This document shows positions 7,216-15,338 of a stretch of 31,836 nucleotides of DNA, in pieces. The number at the start of each line of letters is the position of its first letter. Position 1 is the first letter of the stretch. Position numbers and translations under genes: made by a program. Origin of the DNA: a virus; the IMG/VR virus record IMGVR_UViG_3300046525_000085, positions 1 to 31,836 of that record; one strand, given 5' to 3'. The notes below the pieces were generated by a model, which did no database searches, was not told where the DNA came from, and was given only the letters and a program-made list of their open reading frames with translations.

Positions 7216-8421
7216 ATGCAACCAGTCACATTTCTTGAAGCGCTGCAGTATGCGCATAGTAAGAAAGTGGTGCTGCCTGATGAGTTTTACTCAATGGATC
7301 TTAAGACACGGCAGATGGCGACTACGGTTAGCTTCTTGTCTAGTCTTGAGCAAGTTGAGTCGGTGATTAAGTCACTCAACAAAACATTAGCATCAGGTGG
7401 CACCTTTAACGATTTTCAAAAGCTCATAGCTGAATCGGAAATCATTCTACCCAAGCATTACCTGGACAATGTATTTCGTACCAATATCCAAAGTGCATAT
7501 GGTCATGGACGTTGGCAGCAACAGCAACGAAATAAAGACAAACGTCAGTATCTGATGTATTCGGCTATCAATGATAGTCGCGTACGTCCTGCACATCTGG
7601 CATTGAATCGAATTGTACTGCCGATTGATCATCCATTTTGGCTAACCCATTACCCACCGTTAGGTTTTCGTTGCAGATGCACCGTTATTGCTTTGACTGA
7701 GAAGCAAGCATTGAAATACGGCATTACACCTGATGACAAGTTGCCCGAAGTTGCAGAGGCTTTGGACTGGAGTTCACATCCTTTGCAATTTGGAGAATTT
7801 GAGGCATTGGTAGATCAGAAGATTTCTAAATCTTTACTGGATAAGGAATATCTACTAGAGCAAAAGGAAGTGATTAAAGCCGAATGGACTGCATCTAAAA
7901 AGCTCACCAGTCTTTTAGCCCCGATGGATGATAAAGCGAGAGATCTATTCAACACGGTGGCCAATAAAGTTATTCCTTTAGATCCAACCATTAGACCCAG
8001 TGCGATTAAGACTTTCTTGGATTACGTGCAGGGTAATGATGCGGCAATCACGAACCACCTAAATGCGTCTGTGAGCTCGAAAGCGGACGATGTTTTAAAG
8101 CAGTGGCTCAGACAGGACATGCAAGCCTTAAACGCCGTGGCGAGTAATTCTGCTTCAATCGTGACAGGTGGTGTGACCTTGCAGCATGTAGTGGCTTATG
8201 AGGTTGGGCAAACCATTCAATTGAATTCGCCATTACTGATAGCAGAGAATGCATCCGATGTGGTGTTGCAAATTGAGAATGCGAAAGGGCTAGGCATTGA
8301 TCTAAACGAGTTGAATGCTGGTCATGGCGTATTAATGCCAATGGGATTGTCGTTTGAAGTGGTTTCGATTGAAGCGCTGAATGGCAAGATGATTTACACA
8401 CTTAAAGCATTGGTGAATTAA
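7216..8421 (+). CDS. Head morphogenesis protein (Mu F / SPP1 gp7 family)
   Basis: The motif NDSRVRPAHLALNRIVLPIDHPFW...PPLGFRCRCT is typical of the Phage_Mu_F domain. Confidence 0.85.
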   Translation: MQPVTFLEALQYAHSKKVVLPDEFYSMDLKTRQMATTVSFLSSLEQVESVIKSLNKTLASGGTFNDFQKLIAESEIILPKHYLDNVFRTNIQSAYGHGRWQQQQRNKDKRQYLMYSAINDSRVRPAHLALNRIVLPIDHPFWLTHYPPLGFRCRCTVIALTEKQALKYGITPDDKLPEVAEALDWSSHPLQFGEFEALVDQKISKSLLDKEYLLEQKEVIKAEWTASKKLTSLLAPMDDKARDLFNTVANKVIPLDPTIRPSAIKTFLDYVQGNDAAITNHLNASVSSKADDVLKQWLRQDMQALNAVASNSASIVTGGVTLQHVVAYEVGQTIQLNSPLLIAENASDVVLQIENAKGLGIDLNELNAGHGVLMPMGLSFEVVSIEALNGKMIYTLKALVN

Positions 8422-8591
8422 TGACTGAAAAATGTGAATCGTGTCGACGTGGTTTGGATGGTCGAAATGGTAGTGGTTATTCGCCGTGTGGCTGCGAGAA
8501 AAAAGTAGTTGTGATTGGTAGCCCATCAAGAGTGAATAATCTTGTACGAGCCATGTGCTGCGTTTTATCTCGACCACCAAAGAAACCATGA
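8421..8591 (+). CDS. Cys-rich 56-aa protein (MTEKCESCRRG...CGCEKK...MCC...)
   Basis: The ATG overlaps the upstream stop codon (TAATG), which suggests translational coupling. CxxC and CxC motifs. Below the ORF-track cutoff. Confidence 0.5.
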   Translation: MTEKCESCRRGLDGRNGSGYSPCGCEKKVVVIGSPSRVNNLVRAMCCVLSRPPKKP

Positions 8592-8606
8592 GTAAAAATT
8601 AACTGA

Positions 8607-8629
8607 AGCCGCCTAATGGGCGGTTTTTT
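8607..8629 (+). terminator. Rho-independent terminator inside the head gene block
   Basis: AGCCGCC / GGCGGTT stem, loop TAATG, T6 run. Confidence 0.6.
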
Positions 8630-8636
8630 ATGGAGC

Positions 8637-9611
8637 ATGAAAATGCCTGAACTTAATGAAGAACAAGGCAAGTACCTATTCTCACTATCCGCCGTGGACA
8701 TTGTTCCACAAGTTGAAGGGGATAAGAAGCGAACCTTTAAAGGCACAGCTTATGGTGGTGGTCGAGTTGATGGACACTGGTTTTGGGGGCGAAATGGCGT
8801 TGTTTTTGACCTTGAAGGAATTGAGATCCCAACCCCAACACCTTTACTAGAAGAGCACTTCAGTACAAGCCGAGTCGGTGTAGTGAAGGAAGTCGGTATC
8901 AATCAAAACATCACAGTGACTGGTGACTTTCTCCGCAATGCGAAAGCACGCGAAGTAGTAGATGACGCAGATGATGGCTATCCGTTTCAAATGTCCATGT
9001 TCATTGATCCTGGTTCTGTAGAGGAGGTGGGGCAAGGGGTGAGCGTTGTCGTAAATGGACAGACATTCACAGGACCAGTCGCAGTATTTCGAAACAACCG
9101 TATCCGTGAATTTACAATCTGCTCAACAGGTGCGGATCGAACAACGTCGGTAAATGCATTCTCAGCAAAACCCGGTACAACAAATCAACCTACAAAGGAC
9201 ACAGACGTGACCGAATTAGAAAAGGCGCAAGCCGCACAGAAACAAGCTGAAAAAGAGCGTGATGATGCTTTAGCTGATCTTAAAAAGTTCAAAGCTGATA
9301 AGCGTGAAGAGGACATTAAAGCGCTTGAGGCATCCTTAAATAAGCAGTTTAGCGCAGAAGAAAAGACGTCTTATACCAATATGGATGACACCACCTTTAC
9401 ATTCATGTCCCAGCAATTAACGCAATTCTCAGCAGGTACTCAGCCACCAGCTGGTCAACAACAGCAGAACAATACTGTCGTGCCACATCTTGCGCATTTA
9501 TTCACTCACCAAGCAACAGGTGGTCAGGGTGGGCAAGGCGGTCAGCAAGGCCAAGAACATCAATTCTCTGCAGGGGCTAAGGCATTTGCAGCACAGAAGA
9601 AAGGGGTTTAA
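8637..9611 (+). CDS. Prohead serine protease (HK97/S78-like) fused to a scaffold-like C-terminal domain
   Basis: PLLEEHFSTSRVG (His motif) and FQMSMFI (Ser motif) resemble S78 proteases. The C-terminal half is coiled-coil and Q/G-rich. The track start at 8616 lies inside the terminator, so 8637 or 8643 is more likely (GGAG at 8631-8634). Confidence 0.6.
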   Translation: MKMPELNEEQGKYLFSLSAVDIVPQVEGDKKRTFKGTAYGGGRVDGHWFWGRNGVVFDLEGIEIPTPTPLLEEHFSTSRVGVVKEVGINQNITVTGDFLRNAKAREVVDDADDGYPFQMSMFIDPGSVEEVGQGVSVVVNGQTFTGPVAVFRNNRIREFTICSTGADRTTSVNAFSAKPGTTNQPTKDTDVTELEKAQAAQKQAEKERDDALADLKKFKADKREEDIKALEASLNKQFSAEEKTSYTNMDDTTFTFMSQQLTQFSAGTQPPAGQQQQNNTVVPHLAHLFTHQATGGQGGQGGQQGQEHQFSAGAKAFAAQKKGV

Positions 9612-9614
9612 TAC

Positions 9615-9992
9615 ATGAGCAATAAAACGTATTTGGGGAGCGTGACCCGAGAAACACGCCCATTCATTCTCGATGTCGAAAAGCTTCGCCGGGCAAATGC
9701 CAAAGTTACTGCAGCAAAAGCCTATAAGGCTGGGGATTTACTGACTTTATCCGACGCAAATGTGGTCGATCTAGCTGCAGATGAAAAAATTTGGAATGTT
9801 ATTTGTGGTCGTGATGTGAATGCAACTGAAGCAACACAGATGTCTGCTGATGGTGTGGAGCTGCCGATCTACTTCGGTGGCGTGTTTAGCATTGAAGCGG
9901 TGCGACTCTCTGGTGAATACCTAGTTACAGCAAAGTACGATGCCGCACGTGCTAAAGCGACTCTCAATAACATTGAATTCTCAAAAGTATAA
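9615..9992 (+). CDS. Head decoration protein (lambda gpD-like)
   Basis: 125 aa, immediately upstream of an E-family capsid gene as in lambda. Sequence resemblance to gpD is loose. Confidence 0.55.
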   Translation: MSNKTYLGSVTRETRPFILDVEKLRRANAKVTAAKAYKAGDLLTLSDANVVDLAADEKIWNVICGRDVNATEATQMSADGVELPIYFGGVFSIEAVRLSGEYLVTAKYDAARAKATLNNIEFSKV

Positions 9993-10004
9993 GGACTTTT
10001 AAAC

Positions 10005-11081
10005 ATGCCACAGTCATTTACAGTTAATGGCGCACCACTCGAATTGCTTGATGTTGGTGAGCTTGCTTTAATTCACACAAATTACAAGCCGATGGATACT
10101 TGGCTTTTAGATAAATTCTTTCCGAATCGTCCTGCATTTGACCGTGACGAAGTGCCACTTGCTGAAATCAATACGGTGCACGATTTAGCGCCATTGGTAG
10201 CCTCACATCAACCAGGTAAGCCTTTTGATACTAAACGTGCTGCTAAAGTTGAATTTGTGCAGCCTGCATATTACAAACCGAAAAATATGGTATCGCCAGC
10301 AAATGCTTTTGATGAAGCATTGATGGAGCGTTTACGTTCCGCAGGCATTATTTCTACTGGTGGTCAGCAATTATCTGATCAAGAAAAGATGATGATTGCT
10401 CAGATTGCGGTAATGAAGCGTAACCATGATGCAATTGATAACTCAGTCTTGTTGATGGCGACCGAGCTCTTACTCAAAGGTAAGTATATTCTTCAATCAG
10501 ATGACTATGAATATAACTTGGTGGATTACGAGCGAGATGCATCACTCACATTTACACCATTAACCCCTTGGAACCAAGCGGGTGCTAAGCCTGTAACGGA
10601 CATTGAAACGATTGAAACTCGCTTATTAGATGCTAATGGGGGGAGTTCAAAGGCTTATCTGATGTCAGGAAAGGTTTGGGCGGCTTTATTTGCAAATGAA
10701 GAATTTAAAGAGCGCTTCATTAAGCCATATGCAGGAATTTCGGTCCCATACAAACCTAGCTTAAATGTTCAGGAAGGCGCGTCATTTAAAGGTCATTTGG
10801 ACGATAAAGAACTTTGGGTGTTTGATGCAACATACCGCTTAAAAGATGGTGTTAAGCGATTCATCCCAAATGACTATTTCGGTGCTATTTCAGACCTCAA
10901 TGGCTCTATTGCTCAGTGCAAAATCAAAAACATGCTGGCAAATGGAGCTGTGCAGAAGTATTTCGATCGCCAGTGGTACAACGAAGATCCAAGCGGGATT
11001 TTCTTAATGACCGAATCAGCACCTCTTGCAGTGCCATCAAACAAAAATGGCGTATGTGGCGGCACAGGTTTCATTGTTTAA
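10005..11081 (+). CDS. Major capsid protein (lambda gpE family)
   Basis: Colinear blocks against lambda gpE from memory: LLDKFFPNR...EVPLAEI, PAYYKPKNMVSP, LLKGKYIL, TESAPLAVP. Confidence 0.88.
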   Translation: MPQSFTVNGAPLELLDVGELALIHTNYKPMDTWLLDKFFPNRPAFDRDEVPLAEINTVHDLAPLVASHQPGKPFDTKRAAKVEFVQPAYYKPKNMVSPANAFDEALMERLRSAGIISTGGQQLSDQEKMMIAQIAVMKRNHDAIDNSVLLMATELLLKGKYILQSDDYEYNLVDYERDASLTFTPLTPWNQAGAKPVTDIETIETRLLDANGGSSKAYLMSGKVWAALFANEEFKERFIKPYAGISVPYKPSLNVQEGASFKGHLDDKELWVFDATYRLKDGVKRFIPNDYFGAISDLNGSIAQCKIKNMLANGAVQKYFDRQWYNEDPSGIFLMTESAPLAVPSNKNGVCGGTGFIV

Positions 11082-11091
11082 GGAGGCATAG

Positions 11092-11445
11092 ATGCCAAAG
11101 TACATCGCAAAACAATCCATCGGGCATTTTATGCCAGGTGATGAAATCAAAGGGCTTGAAGATAAACAACTTCAGGCCCTTTTAGCATCTGGAGCTATTG
11201 AAGAAGAAAAAGCTGCAGAACAACCTAAGGCGGATGGTACCGCTGCTCAGCTTGCAAGCCTTGCTGCAGAAGTGGCGGAGCTGAAAGCAAACGAGGCAAT
11301 CCTTATTGAGGGTAAAGATAAAGCCGATGCAGAAGTGGCGGAGCTTCAAAAGAAAGTTGAAGGCTTGGAAAAATCACTAGCCTCATCAGAAGCCGCTTTA
11401 AAGAAAGCCACCACCGAAGCCAAGAAAGCTACTGCCGATAAATAA
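11092..11445 (+). CDS. Ala/Glu/Lys-rich coiled-coil protein, function unknown
   Basis: SD AAGGAGG upstream. Repetitive AEVAELK/AEVAELQ coiled-coil segments. Sits in the head module. Confidence 0.6.
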   Translation: MPKYIAKQSIGHFMPGDEIKGLEDKQLQALLASGAIEEEKAAEQPKADGTAAQLASLAAEVAELKANEAILIEGKDKADAEVAELQKKVEGLEKSLASSEAALKKATTEAKKATADK

Positions 11446-11453
11446 GGTGACCT

Positions 11454-11897
11454 ATGTATGCGACTGAAGCAAACCTAGTTGCGCGATTTGGTGGTGAGAT
11501 TGATGAATTGAAGTTGATGCATGCAAGTGCATCAACTGCTGTTCAGGATGCCTTACAGGATGCAACAGAAGAAATTAACGGCTACATCGGTGGTCGTTAT
11601 CCCTTACCTCTGCCAAATGTGCCAAGCAACTTAGAGCGAATGGCGTGTGATATCGCACGCTATCGGCTTTATTTCCAGCAACCCACTGAAGAAGTGCGTA
11701 AGCGTTATGAGGATGCAGTCAGCTTTTTAAAGCTGGTTGCAACTAATAAAACACATTTGCAAATTCAAAATGTGGAAACCAGCCAGATCGTGGATGACAC
11801 ACCTAAAAACAAACCATCCACAGCCCCAATAGGTACGACTTATACAGGTGGTGTTTTTGGTGATGGAGTCCTTGGAAAAATGCCGAGCATTAAGTGA
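11454..11897 (+). CDS. Head-tail connector-like protein (DUF1320 / Mu gp36-like)
   Basis: The N-terminus MYATEANLVARFGG.E...L is typical of DUF1320 proteins. Lies upstream of a Mu G-like gene. Confidence 0.6.
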   Translation: MYATEANLVARFGGEIDELKLMHASASTAVQDALQDATEEINGYIGGRYPLPLPNVPSNLERMACDIARYRLYFQQPTEEVRKRYEDAVSFLKLVATNKTHLQIQNVETSQIVDDTPKNKPSTAPIGTTYTGGVFGDGVLGKMPSIK

Positions 11898-11905
11898 GGT
11901 GATGC

Positions 11906-12457
11906 ATGCCAGGCGCATTAATTGAAATCCGTGCCGATGGTGAATCAACGATCTCTAAAGCTCTAAGTTTGTATGCTGACATTGAAGAGCGTCAGTCCAG
12001 ACTTTATGAACGCATGGGTGCAAAACTTGTCGACAATATCCGTAAACGGTGGGAGGTAGGAGAGGGCTTATACGGTAAGTGGCCATTATCCGTCAGGGTG
12101 ATGCGCCAAGGCGGTACCACGCTTCGCGATACATCGCGTCTAATGAACTCTATTACCAGCAACACAATCAGTAATGGTTTTGAGGTTGGTACAGACGTTG
12201 AGTATGGCGCGATCCATCATTTTGGCGGTGAGATCAAACATGAAGCTCGTCAAAGCTCCGTTTACTTCCGACAGAACCAAAAGACCGGTGTCGTCGGTAA
12301 TCGTTTTGTTCGTCAAACACGATCTAACTTTGCTCAAGCCGTGACCGTTGGTGCTTATACCGTGAAAATGCCTGCACGTGCGTGGTTGGGTTTAACGTCG
12401 GATGATGAGCAGGATCTCTTAAACATTGTTGAGGATGTAGTGCTAGATGAGCGATGA
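11906..12457 (+). CDS. Virion morphogenesis protein (Mu gpG-like)
   Basis: VGTDVEYGAIHHFGG and MPARAWLG match the conserved VGTN.xYAaiHqfGG and iPARPFLG blocks of the family. Confidence 0.8.
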   Translation: MPGALIEIRADGESTISKALSLYADIEERQSRLYERMGAKLVDNIRKRWEVGEGLYGKWPLSVRVMRQGGTTLRDTSRLMNSITSNTISNGFEVGTDVEYGAIHHFGGEIKHEARQSSVYFRQNQKTGVVGNRFVRQTRSNFAQAVTVGAYTVKMPARAWLGLTSDDEQDLLNIVEDVVLDER

Positions 12458-12899
12458 AAATCTATATGCGGTACGAGATGAAATAGTAGCACGCCTCGAG
12501 CAGTTCATGGATGAGTGGGGTGTAAAGAAAATCTATACCCCTAAAAATCTAGGTGTGACGACTGAACTGTCCCAAATCACCCCCAACATTCAAGTGAATT
12601 TCCGCCGTACCAAAAGTGCAGGAGTGGTGAGTAAAGGTGATGCACTTAAGCTGAAAGTGGTCTGGGAAGTGACAGCTTGTTGTAAGCATGCAGCATCACA
12701 GGTGACTGATGGTTCTAAAGCATTCGATATGGCTGGTGATCTAACCATTAAGATCATCAAAAAACTGAGTGGCTGGGAGCCTGAATCAAGTGCTGAACCA
12801 CTGATTTATGTGAACACCGAGGAAGACATTTCTAAAAGCTGTGTCTACTCAACGGTGGTTCTAGAGTCCGAGCTATTCATTCAAACCGAACCTGAATAA
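12447..12899 (+). CDS. Tail-completion/neck-like protein (possibly Mu gp37/DUF1834-like)
   Basis: Assigned by position after the Mu G-like gene. Overlapping start. No motif verified. Confidence 0.4.
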   Translation: MSDENLYAVRDEIVARLEQFMDEWGVKKIYTPKNLGVTTELSQITPNIQVNFRRTKSAGVVSKGDALKLKVVWEVTACCKHAASQVTDGSKAFDMAGDLTIKIIKKLSGWEPESSAEPLIYVNTEEDISKSCVYSTVVLESELFIQTEPE

Positions 12900-12907
12900 G
12901 GAACCTT

Positions 12908-13087
12908 ATGAAAACGCAATACAAAGCCCTAAAGCCGATTGGCCCATGGGTGAAAGATCAAATTGTGGGTGATTTACCACAAGCAAAAATTAAACAGCTT
13001 TTAGAGGATGGTGTGATTGAAGCAATCAAGCCCGAGGTAAAAGCAGAAGTTAAACCAAAAACAAAAGAGGTGCCTGCGAATGGCTAA
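12908..13087 (+). CDS. Hypothetical 59-aa Lys-rich protein
   Basis: AAGGA SD 5 nt before the ATG. Its stop overlaps the next start (ATGGCTAA). Below the track cutoff. Confidence 0.55.
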   Translation: MKTQYKALKPIGPWVKDQIVGDLPQAKIKQLLEDGVIEAIKPEVKAEVKPKTKEVPANG

Positions 13088-13823
13088 GAAGTACATTTCA
13101 TTGCGCGGTAAGTTCTCCCTTGCCCCGATTGTTGAAGGTGTTGTGGGGGCTATGCGAGAACTTGGCAACATTCCTGACTTTACGCTGGAAATCACGGCTG
13201 ACAAAATTGAGCATACCGAGTCAATGTCAGGTGATGACACGACTGATTTGGTGCTATACAACACCACTGCAGTTTCATTCAGTGGCACACTTGAGCAGGT
13301 TGATGCTGATAACCTGGCATATATCCTGTCAGGTAAAAATGTAGCTGTAGCGACCAAAACCGTAGCTGACCATGATTTAGGTGCAGTCACCAAAGGTCAG
13401 AAGATTAAACTGGATGGTTTTAATCTAACTGTACCAACAGTGACTGATGGAGCATCAACACCAATTCCTATTGAATCAACGAAATATAAGCTAGATGCGG
13501 TTTATGGCACGATTGAGTTTCTTGATGATTTGCCGAAGGTTGTTATTGGATACACGACTGGCGCCGTGACACATACTACGATCGCATCAGACTTTGGTGC
13601 TGAATATGCATTGTTCTTTGAGGGCATTGATAAGATCAGCAAAGACAAAGTGTTCTTAGCCCTGCACCGTACAGTGAAGACACCTGATTCGAGCTTTGGC
13701 CTAATTCATGAAGAATTTGGTTCATATGAAATTAGCGGTGATGCATTGGGTGATCTGACTAAAGATAAAGATGGTGCACTAGGCTTATACGGTTACTACA
13801 CTCAAATTCCAAAAGCAGCATAA
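13080..13823 (+). CDS. Major tail (tube) protein
   Basis: 247 aa, between the head-completion genes and the chaperone/tape measure genes, followed by a terminator. Assigned by position and size. Confidence 0.65.
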   Translation: MAKKYISLRGKFSLAPIVEGVVGAMRELGNIPDFTLEITADKIEHTESMSGDDTTDLVLYNTTAVSFSGTLEQVDADNLAYILSGKNVAVATKTVADHDLGAVTKGQKIKLDGFNLTVPTVTDGASTPIPIESTKYKLDAVYGTIEFLDDLPKVVIGYTTGAVTHTTIASDFGAEYALFFEGIDKISKDKVFLALHRTVKTPDSSFGLIHEEFGSYEISGDALGDLTKDKDGALGLYGYYTQIPKAA

Positions 13824-13843
13824 ACACATACAGGCACTTAAAC

Positions 13844-13867
13844 AGGATGCATTAGGCATCTTTTTTT
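13844..13867 (+). terminator. Rho-independent terminator after the major tail gene, nested in an outer inverted repeat
   Basis: GATGC / GCATC stem (extendable) with a T7 run at 13861-13867. An outer inverted repeat CAGGCAC (13831-13837) / GTGCCTG (13868-13874) brackets it. Confidence 0.55.
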
Positions 13868-13893
13868 GTGCCTGTACTATTTGAGATTTCATC

Positions 13894-14460
13894 ATGAATG
13901 ATTTTTTTATGGCTTCAAATCGACCTGTCAAAGTTGGAGAGCTATCGGTGCACCAGCTGCAGATGCATAACTTTGATGAGTGGTCGGGTGCAGCGCAGGT
14001 CATCAAAGACTTTTTGAATAATCATCAAGATGAAACCACACAAATGATCTTTGATACTCATCCATTTGAATCGACACAATTGATAGCCCATTGTTTGCAA
14101 CACAGCATTGAACAGGTCATCTATCTATTCAAGAAAGAGGGTGAACTCAATATCTTGTTGTTGGATGCCGTGATCAAAGTGAATGACGCATTCTTTACCG
14201 AGCCAAAACCTAAACATCGGGACGATGTGGATCCGCGTAAAAAGAGCAGTTGGTATGATGTATTTCAGTTGCTGGCATCTAATGGTCACTCACATGAAAG
14301 CATTATGCAAATGAGCTATGGTTCATTCCGTCACTACATCAAAGCGGCTCAAAAAGCTGAGCGCATTAAAATGCGTAATTTGGCGATCGCAACCCGTGCG
14401 CAGAACGCTATCAATAAGAAGTTCAATGAATTCATCAAGAGTCTTGAGAAAGAACAGTAA
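13894..14460 (+). CDS. Putative tail assembly chaperone (positional)
   Basis: 188-aa acidic protein in the slot between the major tail and tape measure genes. No slippery site or frameshift extension found. Confidence 0.45.
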   Translation: MNDFFMASNRPVKVGELSVHQLQMHNFDEWSGAAQVIKDFLNNHQDETTQMIFDTHPFESTQLIAHCLQHSIEQVIYLFKKEGELNILLLDAVIKVNDAFFTEPKPKHRDDVDPRKKSSWYDVFQLLASNGHSHESIMQMSYGSFRHYIKAAQKAERIKMRNLAIATRAQNAINKKFNEFIKSLEKEQ

Positions 14461-14462
14461 TT

Positions 14463-14480
14463 TTCACATTGTGATGTGAA
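14463..14480. promoter_or_regulatory. Perfect palindrome TTCACAT-TGTG-ATGTGAA at the left edge of the moron island
   Basis: 7-4-7 inverted repeat 3 nt after the chaperone stop. A possible promoter follows: TTGAGC (14482-14487), 18-nt spacer, TAAATA (14506-14511). Confidence 0.4.
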
Positions 14481-14530
14481 TTTGAGCACGTTATGATTTA
14501 GCCGTTAAATATAAATAACTGGGTAAATTC

Positions 14531-14809
14531 ATGAAAAAATTACTAATTACAGCTGCTTTGATGTCTGTTTTTACATTAGCAAATGCGAATTTAGCAGGGG
14601 CAAGCATTAACGGTAAGCAAGTTCGTAAAGGCCAAAGCTATGGCGAAGTCGTTGCAGCCGCAGGCCAGCCAGTATCACATTTTGATTATGTTAAAAACGT
14701 GGGTGGTAAAGACGTTTCAGTGCGTGAATTAAGCTATGTAGATGGTAGTAAAACTTTCACTGTTGTAATTGAAGATGGCAAAGTTACTACGATTCGTAGT
14801 GGGCGTTGA
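14531..14809 (+). CDS. Small secreted protein (DUF2845-like?)
   Basis: Signal peptide MKKLLITAALMSVFTLANA. The mature part is about 73 aa, with size and pattern (G.S..EV....G.P, final G.V..I) reminiscent of DUF2845. Confidence 0.6.
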   Translation: MKKLLITAALMSVFTLANANLAGASINGKQVRKGQSYGEVVAAAGQPVSHFDYVKNVGGKDVSVRELSYVDGSKTFTVVIEDGKVTTIRSGR

Positions 14810-14822
14810 GGGGAATACTGAA

Positions 14823-15050
14823 ATGGCAACTAAAGTAGCCCAACAAATGATGTTTTGTAAGTCGTGCGGAAAGCAGACTCTGCATCAAAAAAATATCAAA
14901 GAAATGAGTTGGTTGATGCATCTGGTTTTAACAATCTTTACCGGAGGGATTTGGTTAATTATTTGGGTGTTAATGCTTCTATGGCATATGATCGCCAAAC
15001 CAGCTTCAGCCGTAGCAAATCGTTGGGTTTGTTCTCAATGTGGTAAGTAA
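14823..15050 (+). CDS. Membrane protein with a split zinc ribbon (CxxC - 2 TM - CxxC)
   Basis: GAGGGG SD 9 nt before the ATG at 14823. CKSCGK at the N-terminus, CSQCGK at the C-terminus, and two hydrophobic helices between them. The track start at 14769 overlaps the previous gene. Confidence 0.6.
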   Translation: MATKVAQQMMFCKSCGKQTLHQKNIKEMSWLMHLVLTIFTGGIWLIIWVLMLLWHMIAKPASAVANRWVCSQCGK

Positions 15051-15055
15051 TCAAG

Positions 15056-15077
15056 AGCACCTCAGGGTGCTTTTTTA
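15056..15077 (+). terminator. Rho-independent terminator
   Basis: AGCACC-TCAG-GGTGCT followed by T6, 5 nt after the stop codon. Confidence 0.7.
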
Positions 15078-15098
15078 ATAATTCATTTAATAAACAAG

Positions 15099-15121
15099 AA
15101 CCTGATTCGGGAGGTTTTTTT
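15099..15121 (+). terminator. Second terminator, homologous to the 2567 element
   Basis: AACCT...AGGTT stem with T8. The flanks align with 2567-2635. Confidence 0.5.
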
Positions 15122-15338
15122 AATGGGTGAAATATGAGCTGGAAAAACAAACTGGATACTTCAGTGCGATAGGTGAACCATTTAACATGGGTTATTACCA
15201 ATACAATGTGAAGGTGTCATCTGTAGTGAATTAATCCATGACAAGAGAGAATTTCTTTTAAGAACATTTCGTCTGATTTATCCCATGATATATAAAATAT
15301 AATCTATATTAATACTTCATAATCAAAGGGATAATAGT

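Noticed and set aside
8616-8636. Track start codon at 8616 for the protease/scaffold gene
   Set aside because: That ATG lies inside the terminator stem (GGGCGG). A downstream ATG with a GGAG SD (8637 or 8643) is more plausible.
14463-14480. The palindrome as a CRP-binding site
   Set aside because: The half-sites are in the order TCACA...TGTGA with 6-nt spacing, which is the reverse of the CRP consensus TGTGA-N6-TCACA.
14769-14822. Longer 93-aa version of the zinc-ribbon membrane protein, and the alternate-frame 60-aa ORF at 14864-15046
   Set aside because: The upstream extension overlaps the preceding gene and has no SD, whereas 14823 has a well-spaced GAGGGG. The 60-aa ORF is an alternate-frame shadow.
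14959-15201. 80-aa minus-strand ORF in the moron island
   Set aside because: It overlaps the 3' end of the + strand gene and both of its terminators, and has no SD.
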